DNA of 64,000 nucleotides from Chrysomallon squamiferum. Its lineage: Eukaryota; Animalia; Mollusca. This document shows, in pieces, positions 25,976 to 45,907 of this stretch. A model generated the notes under the pieces. The model ran no database searches. It was not told where the DNA came from and saw nothing but the letters and a program-made list of their open reading frames with translations. Position numbers and translations under genes: made by a program. The DNA lies in the NCBI GenBank assembly GCA_012295275.1, contig CM022669.1:19034001-19098000 (forward strand), read 5' to 3'. Numbering within the stretch: the stretch's first letter is position 1; each line of letters opens with the position of its first letter.

Positions 25976-26584
25976 ATGACAATGGTTCTAAGCAAAAAGT
26001 CCAAGAGAAGTAGAAAAGAACTAGAAGATGTGGCAACTTGTTTCCCTTGGGAAGATGGCGACTATGTTCAGTTTTGTGAAATTAAAGACACAGACTGGGA
26101 AACTCAGTGGCATTCTCATCATTTCGAAACAGTTAAAAGCGATGTGCAATTCAGAAGAACTGAAGACAGCTGCATGCACAGTTCGACCTCTTTTCTTAAC
26201 GAACATGTAAACGATAGAACAGTAACCGATAAAAGACCAAAAACTACCAGACCTGAAATGAACTGTTGTTCGGAGGGTCTAAGCTCAGTTGTCGAGAATG
26301 TGTTAAACGAAAACTGCACCAAACGCAGTCTAGGGGAAATCAGACGATCTTCATCCCTGCTTTGCATGCAGGCTGAATATTTGAGATTTTCAGAAAAATC
26401 GCCTTTACCAGAAAGTCTTCAGTTGTTTAACAGTCACACTAAAAAACTACAGTCTTTGAAAAAGGTGGGGCTAAAATTAGTTAGCTGGTTGAAAAACAAA
26501 CATTTGAAAAATCGCAGGTCACGAGTGATAGACATTTGTAGAGCGGGTGTTTCAGAAAGTTCCAGGAAATCTTGTATTTTCTAG
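25976..26584 (+). CDS. Intronless 202-aa ORF of unknown function
   Basis: ATG to TAG over 609 nt, non-repetitive and GC-richer than its flanks, with AATAAA near 26913. No family recognised. Confidence 0.55.
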   Translation: MTMVLSKKSKRSRKELEDVATCFPWEDGDYVQFCEIKDTDWETQWHSHHFETVKSDVQFRRTEDSCMHSSTSFLNEHVNDRTVTDKRPKTTRPEMNCCSEGLSSVVENVLNENCTKRSLGEIRRSSSLLCMQAEYLRFSEKSPLPESLQLFNSHTKKLQSLKKVGLKLVSWLKNKHLKNRRSRVIDICRAGVSESSRKSCIF

Positions 26585-26715
26585 TGTAAAAAATATGTAT
26601 GGATCTCGTCAACTATTTATTTCTCTGGATTAATTTGTTTTAAAATGGATTCCTTTAAAATCATAATTTTAAAACACTGTGAATGTTATTCATCAAGCCT
26701 TGCTTTTGTGTTATT

Positions 26716-26800
<85 letters not shown>

Positions 26801-27119
26801 AAATATATAAAATGTATTATTATTATTATTGTAAATCTATGCATAATATAAACACATATATACATATAATGTAAACGAATCTCCCCTTACCATGACTTAA
26901 ATTGAATTTAAATAAATACTGCCATCATTTTTGTTTTGTTTTATTCGTTTATTTCATTTCGGCATTTACGCTAATTAATATGGAGGTCTACTATGGTAAA
27001 ATTTAGTGCTAGCACAATATATTTCACGAATGATAATTATACAGGTTTTATTAAGTAATTATAAAGCAGCTCTGTGATGTTTCTTTTTGTTGATCAGTTT
27101 AATTTCATTATTCAATCTG

Positions 27120-27160
27120 AACAGGAAGTGACGACACCGTATTGTTTCCGGTTTTACAAA
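27120..27160 (+). promoter_or_regulatory. ETS-like promoter motifs upstream of the FKBP gene
   Basis: CAGGAAGTGACG and TTTCCGGT lie within 70 bp upstream of the ATG at 27187, in a locally CpG-containing stretch. Confidence 0.45.
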
Positions 27161-27186
27161 TGGTGAAGCTGAAAGAAATTCGAAAC

Positions 27187-30100
27187 ATGTTTTGGGGTAA
27201 TGACGACGTTCTTTAATTTTTGTTTTTTTCTGCACTGACTGTTTACTGTATAATTACTAAGCCTTATTGTGAAACTATCAATCGAATCTGCTTCCAAGAA
27301 ATATTATTTTATTAAGCTACATATTTCTAAAAATCGACAAAGAAGCTACCACTGTACCAGCACCACGTGGCTTTATTATTTTTCTGCAGCTTTAAACCCT
27401 GAATCACCACGTGTTTTTAAAAATATATATTCGCATGCATTCATAGCAATCACATTAATGGCGAACACCATAAACATAAAGGAATTGTTTATTGAGATGT
27501 TTTTAAATGTTAGAAAGCAGAATCTTAGATTGATTTAAAGTTTAACAGTCTAACTTTTCACACAATCGATGAATCGTGACTATGAAATAATGAATTGAAT
27601 ATGAATTATGATATTGAGATTATTCATATTCATTAATTCATGATCATGATTAAATTAAACGCACCGATCTTTGTGGTTCAAATTTGTAATAACCTAAATA
27701 TTTTATTTAAAATTTCAAAATATTTAATAATAACTAATTTAAATATATACATATATATAATGATAAATGATAAGATATGAACCTTTTCAAATTTCATAGA
27801 GTAAAATTTAAATTGAATGATTTTTAAAATAATTTATCCATTTTAACCTAATTAATAATTATTTTAAAAAATAAAATTAAAAAAAAATTATTGTGGTATT
27901 TTATACGTTATTTATTTATTTGTTTAACAGGAGTCACACTCAATGGCGGTAAAAGGTACACCCAGACAATTGACCAGTCCTTTCATTTGTCCATGGCTGC
28001 TTTGGAAGCAGGACAAGGTTTGTAGAACCACATTTAGAAAAAAGAATGAAAAATGAAAGTTGCCCTAAATCCAGACTTTTAAGTTCATGTTTATCCATCT
28101 ACTCTAGTCATATTTATGCTGTCTTAGAATTAAATATATCATAATCATGTTATCATTAATGTTTAGTTTATTTTTGTGTATGGGTAAAGTGTAAACAAGT
28201 GATGTGGATTTTTTTCCACCTAACTGCAAAAATTTGAACTGTTGCAAAGGTAGGCTGTATCCATGGCTGATGAAAATGATCACAATGATGTTTAAACAAG
28301 AGATTCTGCTAAAAGGCATGTGTACTAGAACTGCAGAAGTGGTAATGGGTTAATTCGAATCATACCAATCACTTAAGATCTTCGTGTAGATAAAAATCCA
28401 ATCATGCTAATCCAGTTTTGTGCAGTTCTCATCTTTACTGTCACAGCTATAAATACAGAAAATATGTACAAATGAAGAACAGTTAACATGTAAATTTGAA
28501 ATTTGTTGAATTATTGGATAAGCAGCACAAATTTATAAGTTTACTGATAATTTGTTTATTAAATGATTATTATTATTATTCTTAATTTTTTCATTTTCAG
28601 AACTGCAAGCAGCTGATGACAAGCAGGTTTCTGTGATGATTCAGTATGAAAAAGCAGAATTTTTACTTTGTACTCTTATACACGGAAAGCTGTTTCAGCA
28701 GTCCCTGGATCTGAACTTCACAGAGGGAGAAGAAGTGACGTTTTATCTCAATGGAACAGGTAACTTTGAATAACAGACCATCTTAATTTTGTTTAGCTTT
28801 TAGTAAAACTGTAAATCTGTTGTTTGTTATCACAAGTTTTTATTTTAATAGTTTTTGTTAGTTATTGCTAGGTTTTATTTTAATAGTAAAATTTTGTAAA
28901 ATGATTATTGTCTGTTGGTTTTCCCAATCTTTGTTTTAATAATGAAACTTAATTTTGTAAAATGATTGATTGTCAGTTATTGCTATTTCTGATTTTATTA
29001 ACAAAATAAATTTCTGAAATAAATACATATGACTCAGTGTATATATATATATATATATAATATGTAGGGAAGATGATATGACTAGTGTGATATGCAGGAA
29101 CAATTTAAACTTTTCTAAAATGTAACCCAGAACAATTCTTTTATCATAAATGCCAGTTTTAATGATTTTTGTTGTTGTAGGTGTGGTGCACCTGACAGGG
29201 TTTTTGTTAGAAGAGGACCTGGAAAACATGGACAATAATTACTCAGACTCTGACACAGAATCGGAAGGTGAGTTTTTAACCTATCATTTAACTGTGTTTG
29301 AATTCAGATCATTTTATTATACGTCTTAAATCACTTTATTTTCTGACTGAAACATTATTTAGCTGTGAATTTTAAGTCACTTTATTTTGTGTTACAAACA
29401 ATTACTCATCTGTGAATTTAAATGATTTATTATATATTTCAAACTTTGTATTTAAGTATGTGTGGATTCAAATAATTTATTATAGCTTTAAGCTTTATTG
29501 TGTAAAGTATACATGTGTTAATTTAAATTATTTATTTATCGTATATTTTTTGTATGTGAAATCAATATCAAACTGAGGATTCATGCATGAAGTAATCTTG
29601 TCACTTTAACAATGTTCAAAAGGTGAGGAAATAAAATAAATACAGGATAAGTACAAAACAATGTTTGATGATATTTATAGATAAATGTTCTTTTGGCTTT
29701 ACCATTATTTTTTTTGTTTACTTGTTTGCTTATTTAATGATATTACATTAGTAACAACAATTTATTATATATTTATTTGTTTTAATATATATTCAGAAAT
29801 ACCTGAATTGGTGGATTCTGCAGGCAAAGAAAAGTTAAAAAAAGGTATTCTTAAACTGTTTTTTCTTTTGCTGATAGAATTTATTTTTTTAAATTTTTTT
29901 TTAAAATTTTATTTTATTTTATTTTATTTTATTTTTTTTTTTTTATATTTTAAAATCAGTAGCTGATCTGCTTCTTTACTACAGTTTCATTAAAATTCTT
30001 TCCTTTATTTTATCCACTATCTTTTAATTATAAATTTAAAATCGATAATAAATTTTTAGTTTTTGTTGTTTTTTCATTAAAATTTCTTCATCTGTTTTAG

Positions 30101-33100
30101 CTGTAAAAAGAAAATCATCTACTAGTGACCCTGTTCAGAAGAAACTAAAACTCAATGATGAATCTGATGAATCTGGTGATACTGATGAAGATGAAGAAAT
30201 AAATGCTGCTATGAAAGAGGTTGATTAATTTTATATATATACACATACACACATTACAAATAATAACTAATTCACTCATTTCTGAATATATTAATATAAA
30301 GAATTAGATAATTTATATTTAAAACTTGCTTAGCCTGTATCTGTTGTCACAAGTTATATTAAAACACAGACTATAATTTGGCTTCTGCATTTTGTTACAT
30401 GCTGTTACACATATATAAATGATTTGTATCATTTTGTTTACTATATATAAATGTTTTCATTTCTTTTCAGTATTTGGGAGAAGATACAGATGAAGATAGT
30501 GGTGTGTATTAAAAAGATATATTTTTACTTTATGGATAAAAAAAAGAAAGTTTTATGCATATCTTCTCTGCCAAGTGAATTTGTCACTTAATTTTTTTTT
30601 ATAAATATGTTAATATTGTATTTAGTTGACACATTTTTGACTATTTTAAAACTATGTTTTGTTTGTATATTCTGTCACATCAATGAATTTTAAATCAGAA
30701 TTGTATTGTGACTGAGTTCTAGATTTAACATAAATTAAAAAGCTCTTAAATGTGTTATTTCCTACCTACCTTTTCTTTTTTCTTTTTAAAAAAACATCGA
30801 AACCGTTAAGCAGTTGTAAGTATGTCAGAAGTGTAAAATGGTTTGTAAAATTGATATTAGTCAATTTGGTAAAGGTTGCGAAAGTTGTTTTATAAATAAA
30901 CATTCTTTTTGGTATGAATGAAAGCATGCAAACCCATCCACTTAGTTTAAAATATATTTCTTGGTTGTTTTTATTTTTAATTTGTTTTGGTTTTGTTAAA
31001 ACTGCTAGATGAAGATGATGAGGAGGAGGAGGAGGAGGATGAAGATATGGAAGAAAGTTCAGAAGAAGAAGATGAAGAAATGACTCCTGAAAAATCCAAA
31101 ATGAAAAATAGTTTGAAATCTGACAGTAAATCACAGCGAACGCCTCTGTTGGAAAAGAAAATGGCGAAAATGGCTTCAGGGGACCAAAGTATGAAGCAGA
31201 CGCCATCAACCGACAAAAAATTGAAACAAACTCCATCAGCCAATAAAAATGTGAAACAGACACCATCAGCTGATAAAAATATGAAACAGACACCATCAGC
31301 TCAGAAGAAATTGACGCAGACCCCATCAACACAGAAAAAGGGCAACAAAACCCAACAGGATGAAAATAAAAATGTAAGATCTTCTGCAACAAAATCTATA
31401 ACGGATATGTTATTGGAATGTTCTGCATACATTCTTTGGATTTCATAAATTCTGTTCACTATAGCCATTTTGGTCATTTTTCCATCCAGCCAGAATTCAG
31501 AGGCCATTTATTAATTATGTTTAATCCCATGAGAGAAAATATTTTTTCTCTATCATCATCTGCATGGTTCTTAATCATATGTATGACATTACATAAATGT
31601 AAATTGAAACAGTGTTTAAAAAAAAAAAAAAAATTATTCCTTCTTGACTGGAGTTGAAAGACTTGCTTGCCCATTCCTGTTTAATATTATTAGTGTTTTG
31701 TTGATCAATTGTTTATTTTTTTTAATTTTTTTTTTTTTAAGTTGAATGCATCTCAGAATGGTGAGCCCCAGTCAGGGGAAACAGAAAGTGCCAAGAAAAA
31801 GAAAAAAAAGAAGAAGAAGAAGAAGAATCCTGCAACTGAGGTAAAATTTAAAAATCAGCTTTTATATCAGAAATCACTGTGAAAAATGATTGTTTACTAT
31901 TGTTAACTTAGTATAGTAATGTAAAAAGTAAATCTAATACTTCAAGATAACATTAAAAAAATGATTTTACAAAATCTAACAAAGGTGGGTTTTTTCTGAT
32001 TCCATTCATCAGTGATGTATTTTTATTTTTATTTTTATTTTTATTTTTTTTTTTTTATTGATGTGATATATTTTTTTATTTTTTCAAATTTTTTTTTTTA
32101 TTTTTTTTGTAACAGGAAACTGAACAACAAACCCCAGATGAAAAACAAGCAGCCAAGAAAAGAGTTTTACAAGGAGGCACCTTAATGGAAGAATTGAAGA
32201 TTGGTCATGGTCCTGAAGCTAAAGAAGGAAAAATGGTTTGTGTGCATCATAAACATTTTAAAATGATGTGCAAATATTAGTTAAAATAGATTAAGATTTT
32301 CTTTGATTTGCACATTACACCCAGAATGTTGATCTCATGCTGTACAAAAAGCAAACATAAGCAAAAAAAGTTAAAAGCTAATGTTCATGCATTTTGTCTG
32401 TCACATGAGGATAATTGCTGTGTCCATGAAATTTTCCAAAATTTACTCAATGTTTATCATGCATTTAGCTTTGTCATTGCATATGGTGTGTCCAGAAATT
32501 GGAATGTCTCTTCCCTGTTTCTATCTGTCACTTAGATTTTCTGTATTTCTGTGTAGTTAATAAATTACATCAGATTCTTTGGAAAAATAGTTTATTCTAA
32601 AATTCTGAATGATGAATTTTTTTGTTCAATGTGATTTATGAAGTTAAATAATGTTTTTTTTTTTTTGTCAAGGTTCATGTGTACTACGCAGGAAAGCTCT
32701 CTAGTAATGGAAAACAGTTTGATTCAAAGCTTGAAGGCCAGCCATTTAAATTCAGATTGGGAAAACGCGAAGTTATTCAAGGATGGGATGCTGGTGTTGT
32801 TGGTAATGATTTTTTAATAACTGCATAAGTTTACATTGATGTGTCTGGGAGAGTTTTCAATAATCAGATGCAAACAATAAAAAAAAAAAAATTCTTGGAA
32901 ATTTTTATTACATATTTAATTCATTCCATTATTAATGTATGATGTTCATGACTGAGATTGTATTCATTTTAATATTTAGAAAAATCTTAGTATTAAAATA
33001 TGCTAATTTTTGAATATGCAAATTTAAATATGCAAATTTATATGTTGATATAATAATTAAATTGAATTAGTTGTAAAACAAAATTCTGTTACGTTAAAAT

Positions 33101-33712
33101 TTGTATAATTTTTCTAATAATTTAGACTTAGCTGGAGAACTGTTACAGTTTTCATTTATTTTATTTTTTAATTTATTTCAGGAATGAAAGTTGGTGGAAA
33201 AAGAAGACTGACTGTACCAGCAAATCAAGCGTAAGAATGATTTTTTGGAAGTCGCATTTAAATAATAATAATAGTTAGATATTTTATTACTGTTATTATT
33301 ATTATTTTTTTTTTTACTATACTAGTTAATGCAGAATATTCACAAATACTTTTCTGTTAGAACTGTTGTTAATATAACATTTAAAAAATAACAAAAACTT
33401 AAGAATAAAAGATAAATGTGACTTAATAATGACACCTACATTTATAATGTTTGTTTTGTGGGGTTTTTCTTGGTCTTTTTCTCTGTGTGTTTTGTTGCTT
33501 TTTTTGTGGGAGTTGGATGGTGCATAAATTAAAAGAACGTTAATTTATTTTTGTTCATTTTCATTGTGTCTTAATTACACTAGAGTTTCTCTTACTTTTT
33601 TCATGTTTGCATATTTTTTAATTTTACTTTCAGATATGGCAAACAAAGACAAGGACCAATTCCACCCAACAGCACTCTGGTCTTTGAGATAGAACTTAAA
33701 GCTGTCAGCTAA
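27187..33712 (+). CDS. FKBP46: Nucleoplasmin-like FK506-binding nuclear protein (FKBP39/FKBP46 family), 460 aa, 13 coding exons
   Basis: Exons 27187-27196 (MFWG), 27931-28017, 28601-28759, 29181-29267, 29797-29844, 30101-30219, 30471-30501, 31009-31373, 31742-31840, 32116-32235, 32673-32802, 33182-33230 and 33634-33712, all phase-compatible. NPL domain ([35 protein letters not shown]); acidic and basic linker; FKBP domain ([44 protein letters not shown]). Confidence 0.95.
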
Positions 33713-35159
33713 ATAAATGGGAGAAAAAGAAAATAATAATAAATAAAATTCAACAGATTCAGAAGGAATTTGTTTTGCACATCATTAATTCACTCTTTAA
33801 TGACAACTGATATAATTGAAATTTTGTTTTAAAGTTTTAATTACTTTCAGTTCTGGTTTTGTAAGAAGTGTACAAGTATTAAAGGAGAAAGAAGTAGATG
33901 TAAGCATACATTTTTATGCTAAAGAGAAGGTTAACCATGTTTATACCTTACAGTTTTTGTGACAGAAGATCCTTAGTGTAATAAATGCAGCTTACAAGAA
34001 AAAAAAAGATTTTGTTTTGATTTTGAATGTTGATTTTAGTTTTATTGTCTATAGATCATGGTAGAAAATTATCTTTGAAATATTGGCATCACAGAATTAA
34101 TATTAGTATTCTTATCCCACTTCATCCCTTCTGTTATTGCTCTTGATTGTTTTTCTGTAATTATTTATGGCAATAACTGGTGAATCAGTTTGAAAATAAA
34201 ATTGCAGTGGGTTTTTTCATGAACTAATGATGAGCAGTAAAAGTACAGTTGGGTATCCATTTGCAAGTATCTTTATAAACAGAATCTTTCTCTAATAAAA
34301 AGTTAAGAAAGAAAGAAAACTACAAATATCCATTAGTCAGCTACATCTGTTAACAAAAATCATTGATGGAGAGAAAGCAGATGCTCATGTATATTATCCT
34401 CACTGAAAATTGCTTCTGAAAAGAACATTGCAGACTTCTTAACGAAAAACAAACTTGTGCAATAATTTACATAATTACAGTAAATCAGTTTGGAGTTATG
34501 TGTAATTATACTGAATAAATATGGAAACAAATCCAAAACATTCTGAAAAGGAAATATTGCTTATGCAAACAACAAAAAACATGCACAAAATAAATATATA
34601 CACACATGAATTAGATAATAATAATAATAATAATGATATAGATTACATAAATAAGCGGATTATACAAATGAAAACGTGAAATGAATAAATCGAGTTAATA
34701 GCAACAGCAAGAATTTCCTACCCTAAAAACAAATTTCTAACAAATGAAAAACCAAATCACATTAAGGTATGACGTTTATCTATTGTTTACGTCATTTCGC
34801 ATTTCGGAGTTACTCGTTCAATTTCGTTGCCATAATTTCGTGTGTTTAACGACCTACCTTGAAAATAATAGAATGAAGCGATACAAGACACAAGATTAAG
34901 TATATTTGTCGTTCAATACACACAATATTTTTACGTATCAGTAGATGAATATGATGGCACAGTTCAAAGTGTCACTTGGATTCTATATGAAATGAAAACA
35001 AGGCTAGTCAAAACTTTAAATAAATAAGTAAGTTACTATCCTAGATTAATTATTTTGTTATTAGCTATGATTATATTTTGGTCGATAGAAATTTGTAAAA
35101 CTGTTGTATATTCATTCATAAGTTGATAAGTCATAATTGTGTTATTCCTCATTCTTTTT

Positions 35160-35241
<82 letters not shown>

Positions 35242-35535
35242 GAATGTTTTATTTGCGGTTGATTCTATAAATGGTTTAACAACAGTTAAATAACCAAATC
35301 AGTTTTAATGAAATACTGAATGCTACTGTATTTAGCTGTTTGGGTGTTTTGTTGTTGTTTTTTTCGTGTGTTTTTTCATCTTGGACGGAGTAAAAAAAAT
35401 CGTTTGGGACTTAATTATCGACTGGTGGTCATGTCCATCTTTATTTTACAGCGTTTTGATGCGGATCAACCTGTAATATATTAGTTTATGTGAAATAGTC
35501 TACACGTGCAGTTGTTTTTGAATAGTATCCTAAAC

Positions 35536-41560
<6,025 letters not shown>

Positions 41561-42220
41561 ACATGTAAAAACACAAATATATTTATTATTCATTTTAATA
41601 CATATGTCTGAAAGTGTATCATTATTCCCTGAGAAAGTTGTATTTGATATTTGAGTTCATGTATCTGTTTAAAAAACCCAAAACATAATGTAAAATAAAT
41701 AGTAAAAACATATAGTGAATAGAGAAGTGATGCAGGTACGAATTATAATATAAAAATCACACGAGTGACCAGTATGATTGAAGATAAAAGACAACTATAT
41801 TTCAGTTGGTCATTAGTGAATAACTACTTTATTATTAAAGTTTTGTTAAAAAATTAACCAATTTTTCTACCATTTGTTCATATTTTTTCTTCTCTTTATT
41901 TAATTTAAAAAAAGAAAGAAAAACATTAGAGAAAAATCAATATACTGACCTAATTAACATCAGATCAGAAAACAAAACTGGACATGTCTTTTGTTGTATC
42001 AAAGAAAAAGAAACTGAATTTTTCTTTGAAAATTGCTCTATATTATACATCACTGTTGATTGTAAAGACTACTTTATTCAAGTTACAAACACTTAGATTC
42101 TGTTTAATGATCTGACCAAACCAAATCCAGATATTCACCTGATTTGAGATAATAATGCAGTGTAAATGTAAATATCTTGCTTATATTTGCTTATTCATAA
42201 ATAATTTTGTTAGTAAATGA

Positions 42221-42255
<35 letters not shown>

Positions 42256-44133
42256 AATAAAATGTACAAGTTAAATCAAGTTCTGAACAGATTAAAAAGA
42301 AATTAGGCAGAGTTGTGATTCCATGGTATGGCATATCAAACCTCCATTATGAACAGATAAAGCAACTGTTATTCATGGTGGGCAATACTGTAGAGTTGTC
42401 TAATAGAAGTAAATAGTGCACATTATGATGCTCCAACATCCAATTGGTGTTCTGTAATTGGTTTATCATTGCTCTGATTTTTGTTTGTAATGTAGAAATA
42501 TTAACAAGAGTATCCTAAATAATGGATTTTCTCTTGATCTCATTGCCTAATTGTCACATCCAATACTGAAAGCTGATAACTGATAGCATTAAAACATGAT
42601 GAAGAAGTCTCCAGTTATTTAATGAGTTCATATGAAAACACTGGCTTTCAGGTATGAACAAAAAAGCAAAATTAGGTTTATCATCATAATTTTTGTTAAA
42701 TAAACATGTCACATTGGTGAGACCTGATTTCAACCACATCTTTCATAATTATTTTTAACAGAGAACAAATATTGTATGTTCTACAATTTTTTTTAATTCA
42801 GTAAACATTTTAGTATGTACATGTACATGAAAACCAATGAATGGACTTTCATGCAACAGATAATATTGAAGAACAACATTAAAGCTAAAATCAGTTAAAA
42901 TCGGCAAGAGAACATTTATTTGAAACTTTGCCCTTTTTTATCATGTTGAAGGATAAACAGATTTAAACAAATACATTTGTACACATATTCATTTAAAGAT
43001 GACATCCATGCTAAGGCCTGATTGATCATGGAAGCAATTTAATGTATTGTTATTTCAAACTCTGATTTATTAGAAATGTGCATATTATGCAGGGAATCAG
43101 TATCATAAATATGAAACAAAAAAATACCTGACCTCTTACCATTCCAAACAGTCAAGTAAAAGATGAAACACTGAATTTCTAATACGAATGTTTCGCCACT
43201 AAAACAAAATGCCACACTGACACCCACAGTAACACATGAAAACAATTTTAACACTGAGAAACAAATATTTTGAAATTTTAAAAACTTTGTGCAGAATTAT
43301 TCTGAGAATGTTAAATAACATTAAAGATTTAAATCAAAACAGAAACTATACATATAAGTAAGAGATACAAAAAAAAAAAATCTGAGGTATGTCGGGATAT
43401 TTTAAAATATGTTTAATAAGTGCACATTTCAACTGATAGAAATATGAAAGAGAAACAGAGAAAGTTTGAAAAATTGAAAATGTTTAAAAGGATGATGGAA
43501 TGTTTATATAATAAATTTTGCAGTTATTATCTGCATCTTATCTGTCCATCTCATTAAATGACCGAAAGAAACCTTAATTTTTTTTAAAGTTTAGTTATAT
43601 TTATTTTTTCCTTTTACATTTTGAAGAACTGAAAATAAATTTGTTAATGTATATACAATAATAAATATTTCAGACAGCTAATGAGAGATTATTGTTAAAT
43701 AAATACACTATTTTATGTCATGTAGTGATTAGTTTGGTAGCTTAAATATATCAAATTGATACAGAGTGGGTTTTTATATATTAATATTTGTATTATTATG
43801 TATGGAATTTATTTTCAGATTTTGAATGCACTATGCCAAATAATAAATAAAAACAAATTTATTACAGAATAAAAAACACATACATGCTATTAATAATAAC
43901 AGCAGTCTTTAGTATGAATTTAAATAAATACAACTGCCCTTATATTTCCAGTTTTTAATTACTGTTTTTACAATCACAATTCATATACACAACTGATTCA
44001 CTTCATGGCGGTAGATTTGTTCTTTGTGCAATTTTATTTTTATTATTATTATTATTATTTTTTTTTTTATCACAATTGTCAACAGATGAATTCATATTCT
44101 ATATCTTCAACAAATGTAGAAATGACGTTTCTG

Positions 44134-45907
44134 CTAAATATCTTTTTTTGATTCATCTCCAGCTGATACTGCTTGGCCATTGCAAACATTTGGCGTACCT
44201 GCTGCTCCATTTTCTTTCACCTAAAATTAAATAATAATAATAATAAATGAAAATTAGACTATTTATTCTGTAACGGAAAAAAAAAAAAATCAAAATATAC
44301 TATATTATATTAGGTATGTGTATTTCTGCCGGAACTGCGTCCGCCATTTTCTGCCAAATCCGTGTGATCGGGATTTCCCCCGATGGCGAGTGGTGTCTCT
44401 GCGTAAATCGCTTCTCGTTACTCAGGGGTTGGGAGTTTCGGTTATCCCTGATGGTATAATTAGCGGGAAATTCCCGTATACTCACTCGTTTTCGAATTTT
44501 TCAATTCGGTCAATTGGTTCGTTTCGGAGGAGAGTTCGAAAATTTGTTTCGTATTCAACACGTTAAAATCGGTCGTTTTCGATATCGGAGGATAATCTAA
44601 GATAGATGGAGGCGAAGAACAATATTTAATTTTATTATATGTGAATTTATATTGAAATCTGACACAGCTGAAAAAAACTGCACACGCCGGACAGAGGAGC
44701 TGTAACATCGAAATGGCTTCAAAATCAAACATGGCGGATGAAAATTCGAGTGAAACTGAAGTGATTTCTACCCTCGATTTTTAATAGCTTGCATTTTTAA
44801 TAGCTTGATTTGAGAGGACTAGTTACCATCTATCTTCAGTCCAAATTTCACTAATAAAATTTCATTATTAAGAAAGTTACATGCATTTTAGTGAAAAACA
44901 ATAGGATTTTGGTCACGCCATTGTAATGCAAATGGCGGAAATGCATTAAATAATAGGACAATTAATTAGTGTTAATTGAAAACGTTAAAATGCTGTAACT
45001 TCCTTAATACTCAACAGAATCACATGATGTTTGTTGTCTTTTATAGGGTTTTTAGAGTTCTTTTCAGCAATGTTATTTATGTTGAAGTTGGTAGTGTTGA
45101 AGTTGGTAGAATTTTTTGTCCACATAAATTATTGTTTGTTAGGTTGCTGGTACCTTAATTAATAACTTCTTTTTAATTTTTACAAATATAATCGATAGCA
45201 GAGATTGGCATTGGTCTTCACTGAAAATTTCATCAAGAAAGCTTGCTTATTAACAAAGATAGAGGGGAAAATGTTAAAATATTACTATTTTTGGTCACAA
45301 ACCTCTAATGACTTATATAGCGTTTAATCGGAAGAAAAAAATTGCTTTTCAGGGGGGTTAAAATTGCTGCTACTTCCTTAATTTTTTACATATTCACTTG
45401 ATCTTGGTATCATTTTAAAGTGGTTTACAAACTCTACCCAACTGTCTTATTTATTTTCAGATTAGTGGGGTTTGAAAAATTTATCCACATACCTAATTAT
45501 ATACAAATTTTGTAAATTAGAGTTTTAATTTTTATATGAAATTAAAAGAATGTTTATTTGATTTAGTCGTTGGGACATGCAGTACGAATTTAACCGCAAA
45601 GCTGTTTATGTTATTGAAATTATTAATTTATCAATAACATTCGTCTCCTTATTTTGAAAGTGAAAATGGAAATATTTACAGTTTAGAAATTGACGTGTCG
45701 ACATCCGGTTTATTGTCAAAACAAAAAACAAATCTGACAAACCTTTTCCCCCTCTATGTTTGAATCTCCTGCTGATAAATCAGGTGCTTTTACCTCTTCA
45801 AGTTTTTGTCGTGAAACCCAGGGGAATATTTTTGTAATCCATGGTCTAATATATCTGTGGAAAAACCACAAAACAAAAGGTATCACGATACACGGTATGC
45901 AAACCAT
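44134..45907 (-). CDS. C18orf32: UPF0729 / C18orf32-like small membrane protein, 83 aa, 2 exons
   Basis: Exon 45907-45743 (MVCIPCIVIPFVLWFFHRYIRPWI..GEK, donor GTTTGT) joins exon 44220-44134 (VKENGAAGTPNVCNGQAVSAGDESKKDI*). MVCIPCIVIP is the family signature. Confidence 0.9.
44313..45493. mobile_element. Candidate 1.18-kb non-autonomous TIR DNA transposon in the C18orf32 intron
   Basis: Ends are TA|GGTATGTG and CACATACC|TA (a 12-bp perfect inverted match including flanks). The left portion is CpG-rich, unlike the host intron. No transposase ORF. Confidence 0.55.

Noticed and set aside
30766-31392. 208-aa minus-strand ORF with repeats
   Set aside because: Antisense of the repetitive acidic/KQTPS FKBP exon.
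31440-32560. Intronic snoRNAs in the FKBP gene (stems AATTCTG/CAGAATT and AAAGCTAA/TTAGCTTT)
   Set aside because: No convincing C/D or H/ACA box arrangement by eye; an Infernal or snoscan search would be needed.
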